A stretch of 64,000 nt of DNA from Felis catus (Eukaryota), in the NCBI RefSeq assembly GCF_018350175.1, contig NC_058368.1:223760001-223824000 (forward strand). Direction: 5' to 3'. The notes beneath the pieces are model-generated. The model saw nothing but the letters and a program-made list of their open reading frames with translations, was not told where the DNA came from and did not search any database. Both the position numbers and the translations under genes were made by a program. Positions 48,620 through 62,079 of this stretch are shown here, in pieces (position 1 is the first letter of the stretch; every line of letters starts with the position of its first letter).

Positions 48620-51541
48620 ATTAAAATCACTAATTAAATTGTGTTCAGGGCAAACAGAATAATCCTTAGGAAATGAATTTCCAAAGCTCTCAGAAAGCTC
48701 TAATAATTTAAATTTAATGTTGTTGTTGTTGTTTTTTATCTGGCTCTATTTTACCAGGAGTTAATATTACCTCCTGAAGATCCACTTATAATTTTTCTCT
48801 GTCTGCTAGCCCTCTTTAATCTTATTTTATTCTTTTCTTACCCATGAGTCTAGTCAACCTCGCGGCTCAGGTGAAGCTTATAAGATAGCTTCACTAGTAA
48901 CAGACATTAAAGCAGAGGCGACAATGCACGCAGCAGCTGCTGGTGTTATGTTAAAAGGTCAGAGAAAAGGAGAGTTTCTAAATGGATTTGGGATAGGTGA
49001 AAAATTAGTAGTAGGATGCAGGGTCTCAGGAACTCATAATTTGTGGTGGGAGAGCATCCACTTCTGGAAGTCATAAAGGCCTTTATTGTCTCTTGCATGA
49101 ACATGGTGTTGACCATGGTCCCCTTCCTTCTTTTATTTCTGAAGTTCTTTGAAAATCTGGAATGTAATGATGTTCTTAGAGTCTTGCATATAAGGCGTTG
49201 GACTTCCCTCTTTGGTTGCCATTGGTCAAATCACTCATAAATGTATCACCACAATATGTAAGATGGGAAATGTCCATGGCAAACAGTAGCATACATTCTA
49301 GATCAAGATATATTTGGTCAGGTTTTACAAATTGCTAAAAAAATGGATGGAAGCAGAGGTGGGATATCTTTTAAAAATGTTAAAACAGACACATTGAAGA
49401 GGGAGCAGCAGTTCTAGAAGGATAATTTCCCCAGTCTCATGCCTGTCCCCCTAACTTCTGTCTATAAGTCAAGCACAGAATTCTTGAATTAGTGAAGCAG
49501 CTGCTGGGAGCAGGTGGAAATGAAGGATTGGTCCATGTTGGACTATTTGGACAGAGAGGGTGAGTGTATTTTCTTTGGTGTGAATGTAGAACTGGGCTAG
49601 AGATCCCTCGTGAAATAATAAGAATCCCACAATTCCCAAAGAGCACTTGACCTAAAGAGATCCATGGATCCCAGACAAGGAAGGCACACCAATCTTTGTG
49701 TGTGATTGTACATCAACATGCTCGTGATCTCCAGGCTCACAAAGCACCTCCAGGATCCTGTTAAACCTGTGGTTCATATTCCACCTTAACCCCTAGCATG
49801 GGTTGGTATAAGGCTTTGAAAAAATATATATATCATGAACACAATGTAAGGCTAGCTTTATGTTAAATATCAGGGATCCAAAGAAAAAATAAAGTAAAAT
49901 TTAAAAAGATACAAATGTGATCTACAGAAACCACATGGAATAGACACACATCTAGAGTCACATTTTAATGTTCTGTGATGTGCTGCAGTAAATGTTTGCT
50001 CAGGTGTTATCAGAACATTGACTTAGAGCTTGACCAAGTCACTAACTTTGCTGAAAAAAAATCTGGTGTTTTCATCTATTTTATTTAATTTTCTTTGCCC
50101 AGTTTTAAAAACCATGATAAATTCTCAACTACAAGAGAATTTTATTATCTTTCTAATAAAATGGAAGTTAAAGTCTGTGACCATTTGTTATCCAAGATTT
50201 TATGTATTTCTCTTTTCATTTGACCTTGGTGGCAAATTTCTGAAGGAAAGGCCATAACCTACAATCTTTATGATCACCTCAAGAAATAAAACAGATCAAT
50301 ATATCAATTATAATTCACTAAGTTATTTGTATAGGAGCTCTGATCAAAGCATCCAATAAAATTATGTTTGATAGTGTTTGAGAAATTTGGGCAGAAATAT
50401 AAGGAAAAATTCTATGCCTGTTATGGAAAGCCAGAATTTTATTTAACTTTGTGTTCGTGGGTGAGACAGATCACATTTACCCTTTTAAGTAAATTAAATT
50501 CTCATGTCTTGATTTGTACAAAGTAACAGAAAAAAAAAAAAAGATGGGATTATTTTGATGGCTTTTTCTTTCTGCCTGGAAGGAATGAATCATTTAAAGT
50601 ATGAGATCAAAAAGAAATATTACAAATAGAATTTGTAAAGAATAGAAATAATAGGGTCATTGTTTCCATAAACTAGCGGAAAACACTCTTTTTAAATGTT
50701 GTGAAGTTCTCAGTAGTTTTAAAAATAAAGTGAAAACTAAATCATATTGACTTCATAGCCTGCAGTAGAAACACACTGAGCCTTAAATATTAACATTTGG
50801 TGCCATTTCTTGTCCTATTAATGTTACAATGAAGACCGACTTCAACTAATCTGTCTTCACATAGTTCAATTTTACAGTATAATTCCAGACAAATGGAGGA
50901 AAATGAGCTAAATATCCGTACACCAACTTTTTCTCAGCAATGATTTATTTCTCTAATAAAAAGTAACCAGTATTCTCTATTTTGAACAAATATGATATAA
51001 AATAACCTAAAGTACAAAAAATGAAAAAAAAAAAGGAAGAAAGGCCAACAGATTGTATACAGGAAATGGTTTTCGTATCATAAGTCTAAGAATCTGAGGA
51101 ACTGAAGTTCAGTTCAATCTACACTTGGGTGAAGTGGCCCAAGAACCCTGGGGGTAAAACAAAAACTTATTACTGCTAGAAAATGGAGTTGGCTGTACTA
51201 TTTCATTTTAGTGAGAATTTGTTAGACATGATACAGTATACACCATAAACGATTGTGCTGTCCTGATTATCCAGACTGTAGTTCTGGTTGTTCTTTAAAA
51301 TTGTAGAACAAACAAAATTATGTGCTCCTTCTAGTCAGTAGCAATTCTTTTATAAAATCGTGTTAAATTTGGATTGTCTTGTTTTTTATTGTCACGGATA
51401 TTCATCGTCCCACATATATAAGCAAAAAAGGATGTTTGCCAATTTGTTTCAGTCAGCATGCATATTTTAATTAATATTCTTCTCTCTCTACCATTTAGTA
51501 TAATGTATGCAAAACATGTTCATACAAATAAGCTAAATATA

Positions 51542-52334
51542 AGTATACTAGTTTTCTGTTGCCGCCATAACAAATTGCCACAAGCTTGCTTAAAACAAGG
51601 TATATTTATTACCTCACGGTTCTGACAGGATTAGCAACTCAAATCTTGGTGATGGAAGGGCTGCATTCCTTCTGGAAGGCTGTATTTGGATTCTTATTTC
51701 CTTGTTGGCTGTCAAATGAGGGCCCTCCTTAGCTCCTAAAAGCCACCATCTTCTTCAGTTTGTGGCATCCATCTTCATCTTCAAGTACATGATAGTGAGT
51801 TGAATCCTTCCCTTGCTTCAAATCTCTCCTGCCTCTACTTCCATCTCTGTATTTCTTTTACCTACTTGTTCCTCTCTGCCACTTCTATGAGCTCATGAGA
51901 TTACTTGTATTGAACCTAGGCAAATAACCCAGAACAAACTTCTACCTGAAGGTCGCCTTAATTCTTTTTATTATTATTATTTATTTTGTTTCATTTGCAT
52001 CCAAGTTAGTCAGTATATGGTGCAACAATGATTTCAGGAGTAGATTCCTTAATGCCTCTTACCCATTTAGTCCATCCCCCCTCCCACAACCCCTCCAGTA
52101 ACCCTGTTTGTTCTCCATATTTAAGAGTCTCTTATGTTTTGTCCCCCTCCCTATTTTTGTATTATTTTTGCTACCCTTTGTTCATCTGTTTTGTATCTTA
52201 AAGTCCTCATATGAGTGAAGTCGTGTGGTATTTGCCTTTCTCTGACTAATTTTGCTTAGCATAATACCCTCTAGTTCCATCCACGTAGTTGCAAATGGCA
52301 AGATTTCATTCTTTTTGATTTCCAAGTAATACTC

Positions 52335-52381
<47 letters not shown>

Positions 52382-52787
52382 ATGTCTTTATCCATTCATG
52401 CATCCATAGACATTTGGGCTCTTCCCATACTTTGGCTAAGGATGATAGTGCTGCTATAAACATTGGGGTGCATGTGCCCCTTCGAAACAGCATACCTGTA
52501 CCCCTTGGATAAATACCTAGTAGTGCAATTGCTGGGTCATAGGGTAGTTCTATTTTTAATTTTTTGAAGGACTTCCATATTGTTATCCAGAGTGGCTGCA
52601 CCAGTTTGCATTCCCACCCACAGTGCAAACGAGATCCTCTCTCTCCACATCCTTGCCAACATCTGTTGTTGGGGGTCACCTTAATTCTACTTGCAAAGCT
52701 AATTTTGTCATTTTAAGTGACCTATTCACAGATTCCAGGGACTAGGGTATGGACATCTGAGAGAGGGGCATTATTTTGCCTCCCACA
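51542..52787 (-). mobile_element. MLT1D/E-like MaLR LTR split by an L1
   Basis: GCCATAACAAATTGCCACAAGC...GGGCTGCATTCCTTCTGGA. Resumes 52674 and ends GGGGCATTATTTTGCCTCCCACA. Confidence 0.82.
51966..52670 (-). mobile_element. 5'-truncated felid L1 (ORF2 C-terminal domain and 3'UTR)
   Basis: ORF 52182-52679 encodes [25 protein letters not shown]...[15 protein letters not shown]. 15-bp TSD GGTC(G/A)CCTTAATTCT (51951-51965, 52674-52688). Confidence 0.96.
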
Positions 52788-52847
52788 ACAAATTTCTTGA
52801 AATTGTTAAGACTTCTTGAGAATCTAATTTAGATTTAAGAAAGAGAA

Positions 52848-53006
52848 ATTTGCCATTTAATCTCTTTTAACAAGCAATTTGGACAAGCAACTTACTTTTC
52901 CAGAGGCTCAATTTATACACTGATAGAGACTTACATCTACCTCATAAAGTGGGTTTGAATAAAATAAGTTCTTGAGAAGTCCTAGCGTAAGATGGCAGCA
53001 CAGAGG
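52848..53006 (+). mobile_element. MIR remnant
   Basis: TTGGACAAGCAACTTAC...GGCTCAATTT...CATCTACCTCATAAAGTG. Confidence 0.5.
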
Positions 53007-53598
53007 AAAAAAAAAAAATCATTTTCTCATTTCTACCTTCCTCAATCTTTTCCTTTCCCATTCCTTAATGTGTGTGGTCCCCAGAAAATACTTTTTTCTT
53101 CTTCTCTTTTTTTTATTCTAACAAAGCTCTGTCAAAACCCATTAATTCACAAAGCTGGTTGGTCTCTTCTCAATGACCCAAAGTTAGGTACAGTTTGATA
53201 TCAAACTGAACACATAATTTAACTTCTGTCTTCCACTTCTATCTATCTCCTTCATTTGCTTAAGAATGACATTATCCCATGACCCAAGGCTATTCTTGAC
53301 ATTTTCCCCTCCATTACCAGTCTTTGTCAGTTGAATTTCCATACATACTACCAAATAAGCTTTTTCATACTTGTCCATTTCTATGACTGTTGTCTTATAC
53401 TGGACTTCTATCTTGGTTCTCTAAACTTTTACAATTATTGCTCAATAACACGAATAAATTTAAAAAATGGTTTTAGTACTTGAATTGTTTGACTTCTCAA
53501 GATTATTCAACACTTTTGGCCATTCTGTCCTCCAAAAAGTCACATTGGCCTCTATATACCAAGATATCCTGCCTCCTTCTTCTATCATGCCTTGCTCT

Positions 53599-53945
53599 TG
53601 TGATGGTTAATTCTGTGAGTCAACTTGGCTAGATTATGAAGGCAAGATGTTGGTAAAACATCAGTCAAGATGTTGCTGAAATATTTTTTTGTCTATTTGT
53701 TTTTTAGACATAATTAAGTTCACAACCAGTTGACTTTGAGTAAAGCAGAACACTCTCTGCAGTATGGGTGATCATCATCCAAAACAAAGGAGGTTTCCCA
53801 AAGAAAAATAAATTCTATGTTCAGAATGCAACAAAGAAATTCTCTTTTCAGCCTTCCAACTAAGACTGCAACATCAGCTCTGACACAAATCTCCAGCCTA
53901 TTAGCCATAATGAAGATTTTAAACTTGCCAGCCTGCAAAATTTGC
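53599..53945 (+). mobile_element. MLT2 (ERVL) LTR, MLT2D-like
   Basis: TGTGATGGTTAATTCTGTGAGTCAACTTGGCTAG...GACTTTGAGTAAAGCAGA...AAGACTGCAACATCAGCTCT. Confidence 0.85.
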
Positions 53946-53978
53946 TTGTAACATTTTTTTAATTAGTCATTGTATTTT

Positions 53979-54200
53979 TATTTTTTTATATATTTTTTAG
54001 TGTTTATTTATTTTTGAGAGGGAGAGAGAGAGACAGAGCATGAGTAGGGGAGGGGCAGAGAGAAAGGGAGACACAGAATCCAAAGCAGGCTCCAGGCTCT
54101 GAGCTGTCAGCTGTCGATGCAGGGCTTGAACCCACGAACTGTGAGATCATGACCTGAGCAGAAGTCAGACGCTCAACTGACTGAGCCACCCAGGTGCCCC
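53979..54200 (-). mobile_element. Can-SINE (SINEC_Fc-like)
   Basis: TSD AATTAGTCATT(G/T)TATTTT. Confidence 0.95.
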
Positions 54201-54469
54201 GAAATTAGTCATTTTATTTTAATTTTATTTTTATATCATGTTTTTGAATATATTTCCTTGAATCAGTTTGTTAAAACATCTATCTATCTATCATCTATCT
54301 ATCATCTATCCAAAAATAACATAAACACATAAATATATGTTGTTATAGAATAAGGTACATAATTTCCCCAAGTAAGAAAAGTGACAAAGCTGGCTATATC
54401 TTCTAGAGAGAAATAAATATAGTCTTGAAAGTTAAAAGGGAATTTTTTCTCATTTTTCGGACATTTCAA

Positions 54470-55090
54470 TCACCAATTCCCATTCCTGGTGATTCAAACA
54501 CCAAAATATCTAAAAGTTATTTACCTCTGCCATCACTTCCATCACTTCTGACATAATCGTCGTCTATCCTAATCTGAGCTTTTAACAACTTGTACTAGAT
54601 CCATTCATTTTTTTTTCTCTTTTAATTCATCTTTCTTTTTATAGTATCTCTTTGACCTCAGAGACATTCTAAATGCTTCCTAGCCTTCTCCAGTCTCATT
54701 CCTCCCTGTTTCCCCTATCATATTCTACTAATTCAGTCATTACTACTTATTCTCTTCTTAAGGTCTTCTCTTGTGCTATCCCCTTTGCTTGGGACACTCT
54801 TTTTTCCCACTACCTACTTAACTTCTACTGAAATTTATAACTCACTATTTATTTTATATATTTAGATCAGTCTTTAGGTTATTCTTTCTCATTGTATTCT
54901 TTATTTCTGTTTGTTTTTATCATTCATCAGATTTCATCTATTTCAGTATTTCTCTGCCCTTCTAGGGTATAAACCTTACAAGGACAGAGGTTGAGTCTAT
55001 CTTATTCTCACCTGTATTCCTGTGGCTAGCACCAATTACTAAATATGTTTGGTGCTGAATGCACCTTTGTTCAAAAATGAGCTAATACAC
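54470..55090 (+). mobile_element. Decayed L2 3' region
   Basis: CT-rich. TATAAACCTTACAAGGACAGAGG...CACCTGTATTCCTGTGGCTAGCAC. Confidence 0.55.
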
Positions 55091-57107
55091 GGATGAATAT
55101 GCTTCTCTTGATTTCTTCTAGGGTGATTCTCTTCAGTTTCGCCTCTACTCTGTTGTTAGATTCACTGTCCTTGAAAATAACATTTAAGATACCAACCCTC
55201 TGATTAAAATCATTCTATGGCTCTCCATCTATTTAAGGATAAAGTTTACATAGCTTACTATGACACATTTGACCCTTGGTTTATATTAGAAGAAATACAA
55301 ATTTAAATAATAAAGAGCCCTACAGCACCATTTTTTAATCTTGTAATTCCAATAAAGATAAATCAGACAAAATAAATAACAGAATTAAAATTATGAATAT
55401 AGCATGGGTTCTTAATAGATTCTTCTGAACTCAAACAACTTCCCTAGGCACTGAGGACCCAGAAACGTTCCCAGATCTGAGGAATCATGGAGTAGAGAAA
55501 GTTTTTGTCTTATTTCCTTTGTCTTTAACTTTACATCTTTATCCTTCACAGTTTATCTTTATTCTTCTAAGATTATCTGTCAGTTGAGAGATGAGTAACC
55601 AGTAATAGGTAACCTTGATACTTCCCTGGCCTTGTCTATGCACCATCACCTCCTGCCTTCTTTGATGACTTTGCTGCCTGAACACAGAGAGCCAGCCTTG
55701 CCCTAGCTATCTCTTCGGCATTAGTACCAAACTGAAGGCAGTTTCATCATATTCTGTCATTCATTCAACAAATATTAATCAAATGTCTACTTCATATCAA
55801 ATAATATTCTGCGCTTGAGATACTTTATTAGATAAGAGATTCCCTCCTAGGTTGTAAACTTTGCATTTTAGTATCATGCATAAATATCTTACATAGACTA
55901 GTATCTTTTCATAAAATAGAGTTCCCCCAATTCTGCCTAGGTAACCCAATACCACTTTCAAAATTCAGCTTAAACATGATTCATGGGAAATCTAGCACAT
56001 CTGTTCCTTCAATCCAATGCAAAGCATTATAATAACACATAGTATGCATAATTGTAATTACTGAATGACCTTTCCACCCAAGACTGTGATCCTTCTGTAT
56101 GAAGACTGTCATCATCACCATCATATCTACAAGCTCCATCCCTGCCTCAGATAAGGCTTTTTATTGAAATTATAGACAACAGTATATCACCTTTAAGTTC
56201 TATATTTATTCCTGGTCAAGGTCATGGGAAAAAGTGAGCGGTTTATGGACTACTAAGGGAAATGTTAAAAGTGTGTGTCTTATTTGTGGGATAATAGTAA
56301 TAGAAGTATCTTTAATAAGACTGAAACGTGTTTTTAATAGACCTAGTTTGAACAGAACTTAATTTGAGACTATAAAGAAGAAGAATTTTCCTTTTACCCC
56401 TCATCTCACTGGTAGAATGTCGTTAAGATCAAAGCTTTTTGTGTTTTGTTTCCCCATGGATGCCTATGTTGGTATTTTTATCATAGACTATTAGTTCTTA
56501 TTATAGACTTGTAGACATAATAGTTGTGATTTCTTCTCAAGTGTTTGAAGGCTGAATGAAAGACTAACTCTCTAGACATTTCCTAATGAGCAGGGAGATA
56601 TATACATAAAATTCTCCTTTAGCTGACTCAGTTTTGTAAGTTCACATCTTCATTTTATAGTCTCATCTAGCAGATTAAGGTATAAATCAGCATAATAGAG
56701 GGGGCAGGAAGTAGATGGGTAATTTCAAGAGGGTTTCACTTTTATCTTCCCCCAGGGTAGAATTGATCCATTCATCATGAGCTAAATTTTCTATGTCTAC
56801 TATCAAAATATGGTTCAACTGGTAAACCTAAGTAATGAGATCCATATTTCAGGATCTGGGGAAACTGTACAGTTTAAGCAAAGGAATCAGCTCACTTTAG
56901 CTCATCAGTATCCATGGTTGAGGTCATTTTGTTTCTGCCTGTTTTCTGTAAAATAAACAGATATAAATGTCCAACTAGTTTCCCACTACCTAGTGACAGT
57001 ACGCTAAAATCATTAGTGTTTTGCCCTGGTGATTATCCACCTCAAATTAAAACCATAGTTGAGTAACAAAGTTGACCTGTTGATACTAAGAACATATATA
57101 CATCACA

Positions 57108-57348
57108 AGCAGTATAGCTGTTAAAAACACGGAGTCAAACTGAATAGGTCCAAATCCTGGCTCCACCCCATATAGACCTTGTGATTTTGCATACATCACT
57201 TAGTCTCCTTAGGCTTAGTTTCTTCACCTATAAAATTTTACGAGATTAAAGAAACCTCTATGATAGAATAAAGTGAGGATTAAACGAAGTAATGGGTGGG
57301 AAGTTTACAGCAGAGTGCTCATAACAGAAAAATACACAATAAATATAG
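57108..57348 (+). mobile_element. MIR
   Basis: GGTCCAAATCCTGGCTCCACC...TTAGTTTCTTCACCTATAAAAT...GTGAGGATTAAACGAAGTAATG. Confidence 0.82.
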
Positions 57349-57386
57349 AACTTTATGATGTAAGCTATGAATATTTAAACAGAACT

Positions 57387-57578
57387 GGGGGTGCCTGGGT
57401 GGCTCTGTCGGTTAAAGGTCAAAATCTGGATTTCAGATCAGGTCATGATCTCATGGTTTGTGAATTCGAGACCCATGCTGGGCTCTGTGCTGACAGCGAG
57501 AAGCCTGTTTAAGATTCTCTCTCTCCCTCTCTTTCTCTCTCCCTCCCTCTCTCTCTCTCAAAATAAATAAACATCAGA
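57387..57578 (+). mobile_element. Can-SINE
   Basis: GGGGGTGCCTGGGTGGCTC head, (CT)n, AAATAAATAAACAT tail. Confidence 0.93.
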
Positions 57579-57671
57579 CAAACCAGAATTGAAGTAAACT
57601 TGTTGAATCTTCCTAATCCGCTAATATATACTGGTGAAGTGACAGCTCCTTTGAAATGTTTGTCATTTCTA

Positions 57672-57884
57672 GAGGAGCCTGGGTGGCTCAGAGTCAGTTA
57701 ATCATCCAACTTCAGGTCAGGTCATGATCTCACGGTTCATGAGTTTGAGCCCTGTGTCAGATTCTGTGCCGACAGCTCATAGACCTGAGCTTGCTTGGGA
57801 TTCTATGTCTCCCTCTGTCTCTGCCCCTCCCCTACTTGCTCTATCTCTGTCTCAAAATTAAATAAACATTAATTTTTTAAAGTT
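57672..57884 (+). mobile_element. Can-SINE
   Basis: Full body. Decayed TSD AATGTTTGTCATTTCTAG / AATGTTTTTCACTTCCAG. Confidence 0.93.
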
Positions 57885-58353
57885 AATGTTTTTCACTTCC
57901 AGACTTTGCCAATAAGAATCCAATACTTACTAATATTAAATGTCTGAATGAGACTCTTTAGAGGAAAAAACAAATATTACTGGTGGTGATATAACCTACT
58001 TATAGATGGCTGTCAATCCTGGTCTAAGACAATCTAGATTAATGTCTGTTTCAGGGTATAATAATTAATAGAGTGTTTTAATATTCTAAATAAGATCTTG
58101 TTTGGATAACAAATTATATGCTCACACTAATTATAAAAAACATAGAATCATGTTAACATTCTCTAAGCTCTCAATTTTATTCTTGCTCTAGCACATATTC
58201 CATGGATAGATTGAAACAAACTATAAGAAAATTATCGATTTGTTTATTATTCAGCAAATCAATTGGTCATGTGACTAGTTAGGTTGATTATGATTGATTG
58301 CATTATTATTGGCAGTCTAATTTCCATAAAGGGATTCCAAATCAAACATTCGG

Positions 58354-58397
58354 ATTCATGAACCCACAACCTCCAATTCATGAACCCACAACCTACA
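58354..58397. repeat. 22-bp tandem duplication (1 mismatch)
   Basis: ATTCATGAACCCACAACCT(C/A)CA x2. Confidence 0.95.
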
Positions 58398-58717
58398 ACA
58401 AAAATTTCATTAAATTTTAACTTTATTCTACTAATAGGGGAATGATTTTTGTTTGTTTGTTTTAGTAATGGTGACCTAGGATGAAAGGAGATATTTCAAA
58501 ATCACATTTCTATGGTAATGAGGCTAATGCATTAATTCAATGTGAAAAGCCCGATAAGTTGGTTTTAGATTCATGAGTTACATTATATTGCTATTAATCA
58601 ACTCCTCCTGTTTTTTGTTTTTTGTTTTTTGTTAGAAAATTAAATGATTGTATTCTGTATTTATGTGCATGAACACACCTGTTTCATGTTTTAAGAGAGT
58701 AAGAGGACCATAATGTA

Positions 58718-58880
58718 TGTTGGGAGGCAATTCTCCACGGTTCTCTTGCATTTCTGCATATCATATGACCAGAGACACTAACTGACTTTTTCTAGACTAT
58801 CTTCTCATGAATGTTTGTATAATGAAGCAGTGAGGAGCCATCCCTGTTGGGCCCTGTCTAAACTATAAAATCATGACAAA
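58718..58880 (+). mobile_element. LTR40-like ERVL LTR 5' fragment
   Basis: TGTTGGGAGGCAATTCTCCACGGTTCTCTTGCATTTCTGCA start. Confidence 0.6.
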
Positions 58881-58900
58881 TGCTTGTGGATAATTTAGGT

Positions 58901-59090
58901 CAGTGGTTAGCAAATATTTATGCAAAAGTGTGTATGTGAGGCACATATGATCTTTGTTTTTGTTTGTTTGTTTGTTTGTTTGTTTGTTTTACAATCCATC
59001 CTCTAAAAAATGTAAAATTTTCCTTATAGGTAATATATCAAGAACCTTCAGGCAGAGGTTAACCCATGGGTCACAGTTTGCCACCCTCTG
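58901..59090. mobile_element. MER58-family hAT miniature element remnant
   Basis: Imperfect terminal inverted repeats CAGTGGTTAGCAAA / TTTGCCACCCTCTG. Confidence 0.6.
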
Positions 59091-60487
59091 CTTTAAGCCA
59101 CTAAATTTTAAGGTTGTTTGTTATGCAGTAATCCCTAGCCAAAACAGACTATACCATCTAATCATCAGATTATTTATGTTCTACCTGATGCACTTGTTAA
59201 AATGTTTCTTGTGGATTATTGTGTCTGTGCACCTGTCTAAACTGAGTTTTCACACCCGGCTCAAGTTTCTCATCCGCTTCCATGAAATCACTGCCACTTT
59301 TTCCTCATCTAACCCAATAGGAATTTTAAAACCTTCTAGGTTAAAGATGCTTTTACCCTTGCAATAAAAAATTGGTAAGTTAAATAAATAAGGAAAATAG
59401 CTTGTTATTCTAACAGATTTGTTTTAAACCGTAACACCGCATCTCATTTTTCACATATCTTCAACGCAGCATTTTCTCTTTTGATTTCAATCATTTAGAT
59501 ATGTATATTTTCAAACTATTATCTGCAGGTGCCCACCACATTCACTTGTCCTCTTTTGTATGTTATCTCTGTTAATGACATCACCTTCCTTGATTTTCTC
59601 AAGCTAGAAAATAAGGGTCCTTTAACGCTCAATACTTCCCTCTTACTCCACAGAGTTAAGTGATTATCTTTTTGCTACATATGATTTATACTTCTTCTTC
59701 ATCATCCCAACTGCCACATGGACTTTCATTTAATCCTTCATTGTCCATGAACTGAACTTTGTCATATATTATCTCAGGCCACCAAATGTGGATGCAACAC
59801 AAAAATTCATTTGAACTTGCCTGAAAATTCTTAATGTTAATGAAAGGAGATTCCAATCCTAATTCGTTAAACATGGCTAAGATCAACTATACATTGATTA
59901 GATTTGGTATCTCTCACAAGAAACCTTTTTTCCCCTTTCTTTTCCATCTTCCTGGTTATAATTTAAGTCTGCTTTTCATCTATTCACTATTATGCACCAC
60001 CTCTCTCATACAATCCAGGAAGTTCTTAGACATTAAGCAATGGAAATTTTTTGTTGTTGTTTACGTAATTTTTCTCTAGACAAAAGTATAAATACTTTTT
60101 ATTATTTTTATTTTTATTTTATCCCAGTCTTCAAATCCATTCATTTAAAGTCACTCCCGTGCTAATTATTTTTCTTTTTATTATATAGATATTTACCCAG
60201 CCACCACAAATCCCTGTTGCCAAAGGTATAAAGTCCTACTCTAGAGCTCAAAATGCATGCTATTTCTTGAACTTTGAACTGCCCCCAATGTAGTTTAACA
60301 ATTAAGCCTATTACTCTTCTCTGATTGATTCCTAAACACCAAACATGATTGCTTCTTTAATACGCTTCAAATAAACCATTTTCTCCCAATCCTTTCACAA
60401 ATGGATTCATTTTTCTGTTTTACTTTCACCCCACCCCCTTTTCTTCACTTATCCAACACTGACAATTCAGTCTAAATGTAACCTCCA

Positions 60488-60710
60488 GACTCCGACTGGT
60501 TGGCTCAGTCGGTTGAACATACAACTTTGGCTCAGGTCATGATCTCTTAGTTTGTGAGTTAGAGACCCACATCAGCTTCTGTACTGACAGTTCAGAGCCT
60601 GGACCCTGCTTCAGAATCTGTGTCTCCCTTCCTCTACCCCTCCCCTGCTCACTCTCTCTCTTTCAAAAATAAATGAATATTAAAAAAAAAATTAAAAAAA
60701 TAAAAAAATA
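60488..60710 (+). mobile_element. Can-SINE
   Basis: TGGCTCAGTCGGTTGAAC...GGTCATGATCTC...(CT)n, A tail. Confidence 0.93.
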
Positions 60711-60752
60711 ATTTTAAGCTCCTTTTATATAAGCCTTCTTGAGCACTTATGC

Positions 60753-60977
60753 TTTTTTAATATTTTTTAAAATTTTAATGTGTATTTTTTGAGAGAGAGA
60801 GAGAGAGAGACAGAGCATGAGCAGGGAAGGGGCAGAGAAAGAGGAAACACCGAATCCAAAGCAGGCTCCAAATCTGTGCAGGCACAGAGCCCGATGTAGA
60901 GCTTGAACTCACAAGCCATGAGATCATGACCAGAGCTGAAGTCGGATGCCCAACCAACTGAGCCACCGAGGTGCCCC
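60753..60977 (-). mobile_element. Can-SINE
   Basis: Poly-T, (GA)n, ...GAGCCACCGAGGTGCCCC. Confidence 0.94.
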
Positions 60978-61518
60978 AATTTTAACCTCCTTTTAAAAAC
61001 TGCCAGGCCACATATGAGTTGAATTACTTGCTTCATTGGCTTTGTTTCCACTATATTCTTTGCATTTCTTATGTCAATTCTATATTCTGATTAGATTTTG
61101 ATTTCCTCAAGGAAAATAGCAGTGTAGTATTTACAGATCTTTGCACTGATATTACTCACAGGTTCTCTCTTTATGGAAGAACTGATGAATTTTTTGCCCT
61201 TCAAATATCAACTTGGCCAAGTTGTTAAAAAAAAAGGACACTGCATTCTTACTGATGTCCTATAAAAGTGGAATTAATAAACTATTGTTTTACACTAAAG
61301 TCAAAAGTAAAATAAAATACAAAGTGAATTACTCAGGTACTCTTTCCTCATAAAAATTCTCCGTTTACACTAATGAATGTCAAATGTTCCACAAACTTGA
61401 TTTTTTTTCCCCTCAAACTTAGATGCTACCTGGCTTCAGTGGCTACCTGTACAGTGCCTGTTATTATAAAATAATTTTAAAAAATTCTAAAATCACTGTG
61501 AATCAGTAATCTCCTTAC

Positions 61519-62079
61519 TATAGTAGGGAGAATCCTAAAATACTCCCTGCATTTCTCTCCCCTGATGATACACATCATATAATCCTCCTCTCTTGAGCGT
61601 GGGCAGGAGCTGTGACCTGCTTCTAACAATCGAATATGGCAAGGTGATTGGATATTACTCCCATGGTTAAGTCTTACACGACGTAAAACTCTGTGTTAGC
61701 AGAACAGAGACAGAAAGTCTCCTGCTGACCCAGAAGAAGTAATCCAGCAGGCTGTGAACTGCCTGTGAAGATGGCCCCGTGGCGAGGAGTTGTGGTTGAT
61801 CTTTAGACGTTGAGGGCCACAGTCATATCTAGCCACAAGGAAATGAATTTTGCCAACAAATCTGAGGGAACCTGGAAACAGATTATTTCCCAGTTGAGTC
61901 TCCAAATGAGAATGCAGCTCATTTAGCCACTTTAGTACAACCATATGTGACCGTATGCCAAGGACCAGCTAAGCTATGCCTGGATGCCTCACCCACACAT
62001 ACTGGGAGATACTAAATGTATTTTGTTTTGGGCACTAAAATTTTAGCAATTTGTTTTGGAGCTTTAGAAAATTAATACA
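61519..62079 (+). mobile_element. MLT1E-like MaLR LTR, near full length
   Basis: TTGAGCGTGGGCAGGAGCTGTGACCTGCTTCTAAC...CCACAAGGAAATGAATTTTGCCAAC...AGAAAATTAATACA. Confidence 0.88.

Noticed and set aside
59686..59886. 66-aa ORF with acidic tail (WDDEEEV)
   Set aside because: It lies in CT-rich, probably L2-derived sequence, with no splice or homology support.
2679..61051. Recurring similar ORFs (MAQSV..., MISRFV..., GRERGRHRI...) suggesting a gene family
   Set aside because: All are translations of SINE copies.
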